Below, piece by piece: positions 1 through 8,753 of a DNA stretch of 64,000 nucleotides. The notes below the pieces were generated by a model. The model did not search any database, was not told the origin of the DNA, and saw nothing but the letters and a program-made list of their open reading frames with translations. Position 1 is the first letter of the stretch, and each line of letters starts with the position of its first letter. This DNA comes from Candidatus Latescibacterota bacterium (GTDB lineage: Bacteria; Latescibacterota; UBA2968; UBA8231), in NCBI GenBank assembly GCA_965215195.1, contig CBDCDC010000001.1, forward strand, positions 480,001-544,000, written 5' to 3'. A program made the translations under genes and the position numbers.

Positions 1-2
1 CG

Positions 3-290
3 GTGTGTACGCCCAATGGGGACGGCGTCAACGAAGAGAGTCGCATCGTTTTCCAAGCCCTGCGTCTGGTGCGGGAAGTCGATTTTTCCATCGGCATATA
101 CGATTTGGCTGGACGCCGGGTGCGGCAGCTATTTTTCGCCGCCTTGCCTGCCGGCGCCTACGAGCACACCTGGGATGGCCGCGATGCGACCGGCGATCTG
201 GTGCCTCCAGGGGCTTATGTCGTGCGCATTGCGGCTGACACCGAATCGGGAGAAGAGGTGCTGGCGAGGACGCTTAGCGTGGCCTATTGA
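3..290 (+). CDS. C-terminal FlgD-like Ig domain of a larger protein (5' truncated by window edge)
   Basis: TPNGDGVNE...IYDLAGRRVRQL...WDGRDATGDLVPPGAYVVRI is a typical FlgD-Ig C-terminal domain; the frame is open to the window start. Confidence 0.75.
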   Translation: MCTPNGDGVNEESRIVFQALRLVREVDFSIGIYDLAGRRVRQLFFAALPAGAYEHTWDGRDATGDLVPPGAYVVRIAADTESGEEVLARTLSVAY

Positions 291-517
291 ATTCAACGAC
301 TGGCAACTCCAAAAGCTAAGTACACGACACCTCCTGTGGGCGCATTAGTACTTGATGGTAGGACGCAGTTGTCGCCTTAGCGAATGCGCCCGACGCGGGG
401 AGCCATCCTAGCGCCGGCCGATGCCGCTCAAGCCACGCGGCCATTAGAAGCGGTTGGATTAAAACGAAATGGCGGCTACCATCCGCTCTTCTGTGTGACT
501 TTTGGCTTAGCCGGCCT

Positions 518-1471
518 TCACCGGGCGGTCATCTCATCCATCAAGCGCGTGAACTCGGCGAGGTCCGCCACCTGTATGGCGGCGCGCAGCAAGACTTGGA
601 GTTGCTCCACCGCTTCGATGCCGGCCAAGCGACCCGACAACGCCCGGGCTAAATCCGCATCAAACCGAATCGCCAAGGCTTCTTGGATACTTTGCCGAAG
701 CCCAGCACGCCCTTGCTCGATGCCTTGCTCGATGCCTTGCTCGATGCCTTGCTCGATGCCTTGCTCGATGCCTTCTTCACGACCCTGCGCCAACGCTCGC
801 TTGCGCAAAGACTCAAGTAACGGAAACTCAGTCATAATCTCCTCCGAAATCAAAGAAAAAATGGTCGATTCCTCGCACACCAACGAACTCAACACCCCCA
901 TGTGCGCCAACACACTATGCTTGACGGCACGAGATACAGCTAACTCCTCGGTCGTCTCCACACACCGACGCAACCACGCCTCCACATCCATCCCTTCAGG
1001 ACGACCCATCAGCGGCGTGAACGGCAGCACCCCCACAGAACCCGACGCCAAATGCGCCAGCCCATCCAACGCGGTCAGACGGATCACCTTGTAGCGCAGC
1101 ACCACCTCATAGCCGACGACCTCTTGGAGGTATTGCCCCGGATCGCGGCCACCCGCGTCGGGACGCAAGTAGATTACGTGCGAAAACAGGGGCAAGCCAT
1201 ACTCGGCAAGGCAGCGTCCCATGTACCGAGCCATCCGCAGCGGCATGGACAAGGCCGTGCTATCCGTGGTCTGAAACTCGCAGTGGACTAACGCCTTCTG
1301 GCCGTTGATCCGCACCCGCAGCAGACTGTCCATCACCTGCGTCTTCACGATGGGCTGCTCCGGGTTGAGCAGTTCCAGCATCTGCCCCTGTGAATGCCCG
1401 AGCAGAAAGGCCAAAAAGTCTTGCGGATAGGTGCTGATTAGGGACTTGGAAACAGTGTCAAAAGCGGCCAT
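518..1471 (-). CDS. Rpn-family PD-(D/E)XK nuclease / putative transposase, copy 1
   Basis: FDTVSK start, DSLL..HCEFQT..MPLRMARY core, C-terminal (GIEQ)n repeat and IRF...LLRAAI tail. Confidence 0.8.
   Translation of the reverse strand: MAAFDTVSKSLISTYPQDFLAFLLGHSQGQMLELLNPEQPIVKTQVMDSLLRVRINGQKALVHCEFQTTDSTALSMPLRMARYMGRCLAEYGLPLFSHVIYLRPDAGGRDPGQYLQEVVGYEVVLRYKVIRLTALDGLAHLASGSVGVLPFTPLMGRPEGMDVEAWLRRCVETTEELAVSRAVKHSVLAHMGVLSSLVCEESTIFSLISEEIMTEFPLLESLRKRALAQGREEGIEQGIEQGIEQGIEQGIEQGRAGLRQSIQEALAIRFDADLARALSGRLAGIEAVEQLQVLLRAAIQVADLAEFTRLMDEMTAR
711..774. repeat. 12-bp tandem repeat (ccttgctcgatg x5) encoding the GIEQ repeat of Rpn copy 1
   Basis: Five perfect copies read directly. Confidence 0.95.
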
Positions 1472-1584
1472 CCGAGCCTTTCTGCTAAGCGTTGACGCGA
1501 TGGGGAGAATATACCCGATTGGGATACAAATACAAAAATATCGCGCCCGTGCGCCGGCGCCGGCTAAGTGGCGATAGTTCCACG

Positions 1585-3075
1585 TCAGCAGATACGCACA
1601 GCGGAAGAGGGGCCACTAACAAACGCCGCGCTCGCTTCGGCGATGGAGCCAAACGCGCCGTCGGCCACGGCCGCACACAGCGCGGCACCAACGGCCGCCT
1701 CTTCGCCGTGCGATCCCACGTGCAGCCGCATGGCGAACTCCGCTTCCAGCGCGGCCCGCAGCACGGGATTCAGCTTGATGCCATTGCCCGCGCCAACTAG
1801 CTTGGAGCGCGCGCCAGCACCCAGCCTGAGGGCCTCGCGGTACGAATCGGCCAGCTCAACGGCCATGCTTTCCAACAGTGCGCGCGTTAGATGCCCGGCC
1901 GTCAGAGTTGCAGCGGTCAGCTCGCGGAAGGCGGCTTTGGCGCGTGGCCTGCGGCGCGACCCGGAAAACAGCGGGTCCGCGCGTACGCCCTCGGCACCGG
2001 CCGGCACGTCGGCCGCTAATGCTACCAGCCGCTCGTACAGGGCCTCGCGGTCGGGTTGGACCTCGGCGAGGGCATAGATGGCGTCGGCGAAGAAGTCGCG
2101 CAGAGTCCTGAACGTCCGCCCGCCGACGGCTCCCACGCCGGCCAGCAGATAGCCGCGCTGCATATAGGGACGCAGTTCGAGCCACCCACGTGGCAGTGGG
2201 GCTTCGACGTGCAGTGCGGCTTGCCCGCCGGTGCCGACATTGACGGCCACAGTGTTGGCGCAATCGGCGACCGTGCCGGCAAAGCTGCACTGGTGATCGC
2301 CGGACGCCACGGCCACGGGCAGGCCGGCTGGTAGGCCGAGCTTGTGGGCCATTGCGGCGGTCAGGGAACCGGCCATGGTACAGGATTCGGCGAGAGCGGG
2401 AAACAGCGACTGGTCTAGGCCGAGGGCGGCGATAAGCTCGTCCGCCCAAGCGCGCTTGGCTACGTCATAGACGCCCCAGCCGAGCGCGTCTGTGGGATCG
2501 ACAACCGGCCGTTTGCCCACCAAGCGCGATACCACAAACTCCGGGGCCGTCGTGCCGCTGACGCCGCTGGGAAGCTGGTTGTTGGCTTGCAGCCAAAACA
2601 GGTGCGGTCCAGCGTGCCCGGCCACGAGAGGACAGCCCGTGTTGGCAAAGGCGGGCTGCTCGCCCTCGGCGGCAGTGGCCCCCCCGCGCTGGGCCATGGC
2701 GTCTAAGTAGGTGTGCGGCTGGCCCGGCAGGCATTCTTGGGCGCGCTGGTCCTGCCACGAAAAAAAAGGACCGACGGCGTTGAGCGCGGCGTCGAGGAGC
2801 TGCAGGCCCTGTTGCTGCCCGGTGACGCCGATGGCGGCCGGCTGGGCGTTGGTGCGGGCGACGAGCGCGGCCGCGTTGTCGATGGCTAGCTCGGTCATCG
2901 CGTTGAGGTCCCACTCCGAGCGGCTGATTCGCTTGTCGGACGCAGAGGTTACTTCGGACAAATTGGCCGTGCTGGCTGTGCCGACGACGGCGTTGGCGTC
3001 GAGGTCAATGACGAGGGCGACGACGGTCGTCGAGCCGATGTCTAGCGCGAGGTAGTGCGTTGGCACAAGGCTCAA
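1585..3075 (-). CDS. FGGY-family carbohydrate kinase (sedoheptulokinase/xylulokinase-like)
   Basis: LALDIGSTT, IGVTGQQQG, SWQD, SGDHQCS, NVGTG and GAGNG motifs. Confidence 0.85.
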   Translation of the reverse strand: MSLVPTHYLALDIGSTTVVALVIDLDANAVVGTASTANLSEVTSASDKRISRSEWDLNAMTELAIDNAAALVARTNAQPAAIGVTGQQQGLQLLDAALNAVGPFFSWQDQRAQECLPGQPHTYLDAMAQRGGATAAEGEQPAFANTGCPLVAGHAGPHLFWLQANNQLPSGVSGTTAPEFVVSRLVGKRPVVDPTDALGWGVYDVAKRAWADELIAALGLDQSLFPALAESCTMAGSLTAAMAHKLGLPAGLPVAVASGDHQCSFAGTVADCANTVAVNVGTGGQAALHVEAPLPRGWLELRPYMQRGYLLAGVGAVGGRTFRTLRDFFADAIYALAEVQPDREALYERLVALAADVPAGAEGVRADPLFSGSRRRPRAKAAFRELTAATLTAGHLTRALLESMAVELADSYREALRLGAGARSKLVGAGNGIKLNPVLRAALEAEFAMRLHVGSHGEEAAVGAALCAAVADGAFGSIAEASAAFVSGPSSAVRIC

Positions 3076-4091
3076 CTCAGGCGCGACCAGTCGAAGACCA
3101 CGCCGAGGTATTCCTCTTTATTGGCGGTAAGTCCCTCGTACATCTGCTGACAGTCGGCTGGCGACGCGAGGTGCGTGAGCAGGGGTTCGACCACGAGCCT
3201 TCGGCTGGCGATCCACGCGGCAATCTGGCGGTAATTGGCGTCGAGGTCGCGACAGCGCTCGGTGGCGTGCTGGGGCCAGCGCCACTCGAGGGCACCGATC
3301 ACGCGGATGGCCTCTAGGTGAATGTGCAGCAGCATGGGCGTCACATCGAAGTGGGCCGGGGCGCGCGGACTGCCGAGGAGGATGAGTTCGCCGTGGCGGG
3401 CAATGCACATCGCGGTCTGGGCAATGACTTCGCTGATGCCAATGGCCTCCACGCCGATGCGGGCACCTGCGCCGCCGGTCCAGTCGCGCACTGCTTCTTG
3501 CAGATCGTCGCGGGCGGGATTGACCGTGCGCTCAATGCCGCAAGCGCACGCCTGCCGCAGGCGCAGGTCAGACAGGTCGGCGAGCATGACGTCGGCACCA
3601 GCGAGGCAAAAGAGCTGGGCGGCGAAGTTGCCCACGAGGCCGCCGCCAACCACGAGCACCGCATCGCCGGGCTGGGCGCTAGCAGAGCGCAAGGCCGAGA
3701 TGCTGACGCCGGCCATGCGCGCAAACGCGAGGTGCTGGCCGGGCGCTTCGCGCGAGACGGGCAGGACCATGCGCTGGGCATCCGCCTTGACAATGGAAGC
3801 GTGTTGGGCAAAGGACAGCACACGGTCGCCCGCTTGTACGCCGGAGACTGCGTCCCCGACTCGCAGCACGCGGCCGAGGTTGCCGTAGCCAGTGCGGCGG
3901 GGGTACTGGCCGGCGTCGCCAAAAGGCATCTGCTTGACGAGGCCAGTAAAGCCCGCGCCTTCGGTGCCGGCACTGACGATGGAGTATTCGGTTGCTATCA
4001 GCACTTCCGCCGGGTGCAGGCGGTCGTCGAGGTCGCTTTTGGCAAGCTCAATTCGCCCCGGCTCTACGACGATGAGTTCATGGGTTATCAC
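3072..4091 (-). CDS. MDR-family (zinc-binding type) dehydrogenase
   Basis: SAGTE, TGYGNLG, GGGLVG nucleotide-binding motif; 4-nt overlap with the kinase gene. Confidence 0.8.
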   Translation of the reverse strand: MITHELIVVEPGRIELAKSDLDDRLHPAEVLIATEYSIVSAGTEGAGFTGLVKQMPFGDAGQYPRRTGYGNLGRVLRVGDAVSGVQAGDRVLSFAQHASIVKADAQRMVLPVSREAPGQHLAFARMAGVSISALRSASAQPGDAVLVVGGGLVGNFAAQLFCLAGADVMLADLSDLRLRQACACGIERTVNPARDDLQEAVRDWTGGAGARIGVEAIGISEVIAQTAMCIARHGELILLGSPRAPAHFDVTPMLLHIHLEAIRVIGALEWRWPQHATERCRDLDANYRQIAAWIASRRLVVEPLLTHLASPADCQQMYEGLTANKEEYLGVVFDWSRLS

Positions 4092-4172
4092 GGCAGTCCA
4101 TCCTTGATTGAAGGAGAAGATAAAGGGCCTTTAGGGAAGCCAAGTCAAGCCGTGCCGAGGGGGCCGAGCGAG

Positions 4173-4201
4173 TTGACGAAGTATGGGCTAGGGCGTAAAA
4201 T
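4173..4201 (+). promoter_or_regulatory. sigma70-type promoter upstream of mltF
   Basis: TTGACG-N17-TAAAAT. Confidence 0.55.
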
Positions 4202-4233
4202 GCTAGCCCTAGCACCCGCCGAAAACGCGGCCA

Positions 4234-6357
4234 ATGCACTACAAGTCAATCGATCCAATGGAAAGGAGGCGCATCGCGTTGTTTCGCACCCGAACGCTTC
4301 TTCCCGCAGGGCTTATTGCCCTTTCTACCTTTGCGCAATGCAGCCCATCGGCGACCCCGGCGACCCCGCCACCGCCGCCCAAATACACCGGCGATCTGCC
4401 GGTATTGCAGGAGCGCGGCGCGTTGCGCGTCATCGTCCCTCCAGAGCCGATTGCCCATATACCCAAGTCCGCGGAACAGGTGACGATCGACTACGATCTC
4501 GCCCGCGACTTGGCCGAGGCACTCAAGCTAAAAATGCAGCTAGTAAAGGCCAACAGTTATGCCCAGATGGTGCAGAAGCTGCTGGAAGGCGAAGGCGATA
4601 TCGTCGCGGCGAGTCTGACGATTACGCCAGCGCGGCAGGAGCAAGCGGCGTTTTCCGTGCCGTATCTCTACGTGGCTGAGTATCTGATTACAGGGGCCGG
4701 CGATAGCTTGCCGACGGCAATTGAGGACTTGGCCGATATGAAAATCGGCGTCCGGCGCTCCAGCTCGCACTACCAGACCTTGTTGGACATTCAGCAACAG
4801 GTGCCGTCGTTGCGCATTCACGCTGCGCCGGAAAAGCTCGGCCTCGAACACCTCGTCGAAGGAATCGTCCGCGGCGAATACGCGGCGACCGTCGCCGACG
4901 AGCATTTGTGGCGGGCGGTGGCAAGCTACTACGACAGCATGGCTACGCCGCTGGTGCTGGCCGAAAATCGCCCGATCGCCCTGATGATGCGGCCCAACGA
5001 CGTGCAGCTCAAGACCAAGGTCGATGAATATCTGCTCGCGCGGCAGTTTACGCGCCAGCCCCAGCAAGCCTTCACCGACGATCTGCCTGGCCTAAAAAAG
5101 CGGCGGCGGCTGCGCATGATCACGCGCAACAATGCGATGACCTACTTCATCCACCGCGGCCGGCAGGTGGGCTTTGAATACGAGCTCATAAAGGAATTCG
5201 CCGCCCGGCACGACCTGCGGCTCGATATCGTCATCCCAGACAGCCACGCCGAGCTGCTGTCGCATTTGAACGAAGGCAAAGGCGATGTCGTGGCCGCGGC
5301 CATGACTATTACCGAGGAGCGACGAGGGCAGGCCGCGTTCACCCTGCCCTATAACGAAGTGGATGAGCTCGTGGTAGTGCGCGCGGATGAGGATTCGATT
5401 GCCAGCCTTGCAGACTTGGCCGGGCGCACGGTCCACGTGCGCCCAAGCTCTTCTTTTTACACCACCCTGCTGGCCCTCGCCGATTCCATAGAGGGTTTGC
5501 AGATCGCGCCACTGCCCGACGACCTCGAAACCGAAGACATCTTGGCCGGCCTCGAGGAGGGCCGCTACGACATTACCTTGTGCGATTCCAATTTGCTCGA
5601 CGTGGAACTCGCCTATGGGCGGCAGCTAAAGGCCGCCTTTAGCGTCAAGCCGACGGTCTTGGGCTGGGCGGTGCGCCGGGATAATCCGGCTTTGCTAACG
5701 GCGCTCAATCAGTATGTACAAGAGGAAAAGGGCGGTTTGTTTTTTAACCTGATGAAGAAGCGCTACTTCAAGAACAAGCGCACCATCACTAGGGCCAAGG
5801 ATTCGCTGCGGGTCGATTTGAGCGGTCGCCTGTCGCCCTATGACGAGTTGGTGAAAAAATACGCCCAGCAGTACGGTCAGGATTGGCGGTTGATTACCGC
5901 GCAGATGTACCAAGAGTCCAAATTCGATCCACAGGCCACGAGCTGGGTCGGCGCTCGCGGGCTAATGCAGATCATGCCGGTCACCGGGCGCGAGTTGGGA
6001 TTTACCGATCTGCACGACCCGGAAGAGAACATCCACGCAGGGGTAAAATACCTGCACCAACTGGTCAATCGCTTCGATCCGAACATCCCCCTAGACGAGC
6101 GGATGCGCCTTGCATTGGCCTCCTACAATGTCGGGTACGGGCACGTGCTCGACGCGCGCCGCTTGGCCCGCGAGAACGGGTGGAATCCCGACCGGTGGTT
6201 TGGCCACGTGGAACAGGCCATGAGGCTGCTGGCCAAGCCGGCGTACTACAAACGGGCGCGCTACGGCTTCTGTCGCTGCGGTCAGCCCGTGCATTACGTG
6301 GGCAACATTCAGAACTTCTACGACGCCTATGTCGGGATGCTGACGATGGCGATGTAG
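4234..6357 (+). CDS. mltF: MltF-like lytic murein transglycosylase with two SBP family-3 domains and an SLT domain
   Basis: Two SBP repeats (IDYDLA / GFEYEL, GDIVAA / GDVVAA); SLT motifs YQESKF, GARGLMQIMP, ASYNVGYGHV, YGFCR. Confidence 0.85.
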   Translation: MHYKSIDPMERRRIALFRTRTLLPAGLIALSTFAQCSPSATPATPPPPPKYTGDLPVLQERGALRVIVPPEPIAHIPKSAEQVTIDYDLARDLAEALKLKMQLVKANSYAQMVQKLLEGEGDIVAASLTITPARQEQAAFSVPYLYVAEYLITGAGDSLPTAIEDLADMKIGVRRSSSHYQTLLDIQQQVPSLRIHAAPEKLGLEHLVEGIVRGEYAATVADEHLWRAVASYYDSMATPLVLAENRPIALMMRPNDVQLKTKVDEYLLARQFTRQPQQAFTDDLPGLKKRRRLRMITRNNAMTYFIHRGRQVGFEYELIKEFAARHDLRLDIVIPDSHAELLSHLNEGKGDVVAAAMTITEERRGQAAFTLPYNEVDELVVVRADEDSIASLADLAGRTVHVRPSSSFYTTLLALADSIEGLQIAPLPDDLETEDILAGLEEGRYDITLCDSNLLDVELAYGRQLKAAFSVKPTVLGWAVRRDNPALLTALNQYVQEEKGGLFFNLMKKRYFKNKRTITRAKDSLRVDLSGRLSPYDELVKKYAQQYGQDWRLITAQMYQESKFDPQATSWVGARGLMQIMPVTGRELGFTDLHDPEENIHAGVKYLHQLVNRFDPNIPLDERMRLALASYNVGYGHVLDARRLARENGWNPDRWFGHVEQAMRLLAKPAYYKRARYGFCRCGQPVHYVGNIQNFYDAYVGMLTMAM

Positions 6358-6418
6358 GGGAGTCACCGGCCCAGTACAAAGTGGCGACCCGATCCTCGCC
6401 GGCATAAGCGCGGACTGA

Positions 6419-6712
6419 TTGACGCAAGAAGGAGACGCGCATACGCTGTTCCTCGACGAGCCGGACAACTACGTGGCATTGGCGGAAATCCAGCCTTGGC
6501 TCATGGCGCTGTCCGACGCCTACGGAGCAGAAATCCAGCAGGCCGTGCTATGCTCTCACCATCCGGAGTTGATCGACTATTTGGGCAGCGACTACGGTCT
6601 TCTGCTCAAACGGGAAGCCTCTGGGGTTGTTACGACGCAAAAACCGGCAACTGGCCAGATCGACAGCGGCTTGAAACTCTCAGAGGCGGTTGCCAGAGGG
6701 TGGGTAGGTTGA
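6419..6712 (+). pseudogene. C-terminal remnant of an ABC/AAA_21-type ATPase
   Basis: LFLDEPDN Walker B/D-loop and LCSHHPELID His-switch present; no Walker A and no N-terminal half; in-frame stop immediately upstream. Confidence 0.7.
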
Positions 6713-6759
6713 GGCGGAGTATCCAAATTGTCCTGTTGTGCGAGGATGGCCGAGCCTAA
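6709..6759 (+). pseudogene. N-terminal stub of the ATPase partner gene (TOPRIM-like IVLLCED motif)
   Basis: TTG overlaps the ATPase stop; reads (M)RRSIQIVLLCEDGRA*. Confidence 0.45.
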
Positions 6760-8752
6760 GCGGCGACTCCCGGTGCGGAAGTTAGCGGCGCTCAGGCCGG
6801 GTTATCTGGCGTTGCTGTTTGTGGTGCTGGCCTTGGTGTTGGGGGCCTTTGCGCTCTACGGCCTGCGGCAGTCCCAGCAATCGACCTTAGAGACGCTCGA
6901 ACGCGGGGCGCGGTCGCTGGCCGAAGCGGTCTCGCGCGCCGAGGAGAACGTACTCCGCGCCGAAGGCGACATGGAAGAACTGGTCGGGGAGCGCCTGCTG
7001 GACAACGCCCGGCTGCTGGCCGAATGGGAGCTGGCGTTTTCCGACACGCTGTTGGAGCGGATCGCCGCGGACAACGCTCTCGACCAAGTCGATGTGCTTG
7101 ACGCGGCCGGCCGGCTGGTGGCGTCGAGTGGCGTCGTCGATGCGGCCGCGCTGGCCGAGTGGCAGCGGGAGCTGGAGCCGCTGTTGGCCGGCGCAGAGGA
7201 GGCGCTGCTGTTCGAGTTAGACGACCAGCTCTTTGCCGTGGCCGTGGCCGTGCCGGGTGGAGGCGCGGTGATCGTGCGGGCTGCGGCCGAGCGGCTTTTG
7301 CACCTGCGGATTCGCTCGGGGGCTGGTCGGCTGATCCAAGAGATCGGTGCCAACCAAGACATTGTATACATGGCATTGCAGGACACGCTGGGCCTGTTGG
7401 CGGCCTCGCGCGATTTGGTGTTGCTCGCAAGCATTGCCGGCGACGCATTTCTCGAGACAGCTCTGACGCGCAATGCGGCCGCTTCGCGCGTCGTCGAGTT
7501 CGAGGGCGAGGAGGTCTTTGAGGTCGTCATCCCGTTTGCACCCCAAGAGACGACGTTGGGGCTTTTGCGCATCGGCCTCGCGCTCGACGAATTCCGGGCA
7601 CGAAAGCAGCGCGGGCGGCTGCAAGTGGCGCTGCTGGTGCTCCTGCTCCTGATATTGGGTGCCGTGGGCACCGGGGCGGTAACGGTGCGGCAAAACTTGG
7701 CCCTGCTCGGCGATGCGTACGCGCACATACAGACCTATAGCAGCCGCATCTTGGCGCAGATGACGGACGCGGTGGTGGCCGCGGATCCGGCTGGGGCCAT
7801 TGAAGTCTTCAACCAAGCGGCCGAGGCCTTGTTTGGGGTTGAGGGCGAGCAAGTGCGGGGGCAGAGCCTGCGCAATGTATGGCCGCACGAGGCCGTGGAT
7901 AGGGCCTTGGCCGGCGAGGAGCTCGCGGGCGTGGCCTGCCGCTTGGCGGATGCTCAGGGCCGCGAGCGGACCTTGTCGCTGTCGAGCGCACAAGTGTACA
8001 ATGCCAGCGGCGAGGTGGAGACCATCGTCTTGGTAATTCAGGATCTGAGCGAGAAGGTGGCGCTGGAGGCCGATCTGCGGCGGCGCGACCGCTTGGCCTC
8101 CATGGGGGCCTTGGCTTCGGGCGTGGCCCACGAAGTGCGCAACCCACTCAACGCCATAAGCGTGATAGTGCAGCGCCTGCGGCGCGAGTTTGTTCCGCGC
8201 ACAGACGAGGGCGAATACCGCCAGCTAACCCAAGTAGTAGCCGGGGAGGTCGAGCGAGTCAACCGCATCATTGAGCAGTTCTTAGAGTTGGCCCGCCCGC
8301 CCGCCCTCGCAAAGACGCGCGTAGAGCTGGCGTCGATCTTGGAGCGGGCGGCCGAGACGGTCGAGCCGCAAATTCTCGCGGCCGGGCTGGGGCTGGAGCG
8401 GGATTTCGCCGGCGTGGGCGCGGCCCAAGTCGATGCGGATCAGCTCCACCAAGCGCTGCTTAACTTGCTGGTCAATGCGGTGGAAGCCACGGACGAGGGG
8501 CGCATCCGGCTAGAGGCCCGGTCGCTGGCCGAGGGTTGGGTGGAAATCGGAGTGGCCGACACCGGCGCGGGCATTCCGGCCGCCGATGCCGAGCGGATTT
8601 TCGACCTGTACTTTACGACCAAGGCCGCGGGCACTGGGTTGGGTTTGAGCTTGGTTCACCGCATCGTCTCAGAGCACGGGGGGCGCGTTGAAGTGCAAAG
8701 CACCCGCGGCGCGGGGACGCGATTTGTCATTCTACTGCCGAGGGGAGCTTAA
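6746..8752 (+). CDS. Membrane sensor histidine kinase with PAS domain (ZraS/AtoS-like)
   Basis: Two TM segments, PAS (FNQAAE), H-box AHEVRNPL, N-box NLLVNA, DTGAG, FTTK, GTGLGL. Confidence 0.9.
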   Translation: MAEPKRRLPVRKLAALRPGYLALLFVVLALVLGAFALYGLRQSQQSTLETLERGARSLAEAVSRAEENVLRAEGDMEELVGERLLDNARLLAEWELAFSDTLLERIAADNALDQVDVLDAAGRLVASSGVVDAAALAEWQRELEPLLAGAEEALLFELDDQLFAVAVAVPGGGAVIVRAAAERLLHLRIRSGAGRLIQEIGANQDIVYMALQDTLGLLAASRDLVLLASIAGDAFLETALTRNAAASRVVEFEGEEVFEVVIPFAPQETTLGLLRIGLALDEFRARKQRGRLQVALLVLLLLILGAVGTGAVTVRQNLALLGDAYAHIQTYSSRILAQMTDAVVAADPAGAIEVFNQAAEALFGVEGEQVRGQSLRNVWPHEAVDRALAGEELAGVACRLADAQGRERTLSLSSAQVYNASGEVETIVLVIQDLSEKVALEADLRRRDRLASMGALASGVAHEVRNPLNAISVIVQRLRREFVPRTDEGEYRQLTQVVAGEVERVNRIIEQFLELARPPALAKTRVELASILERAAETVEPQILAAGLGLERDFAGVGAAQVDADQLHQALLNLLVNAVEATDEGRIRLEARSLAEGWVEIGVADTGAGIPAADAERIFDLYFTTKAAGTGLGLSLVHRIVSEHGGRVEVQSTRGAGTRFVILLPRGA

Positions 8753-8753
8753 C

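Noticed and set aside
3318-4679. 453-aa plus-strand ORF
   Set aside because: Overlaps the dehydrogenase antisense and mltF out of frame; no motifs; typical high-GC shadow ORF
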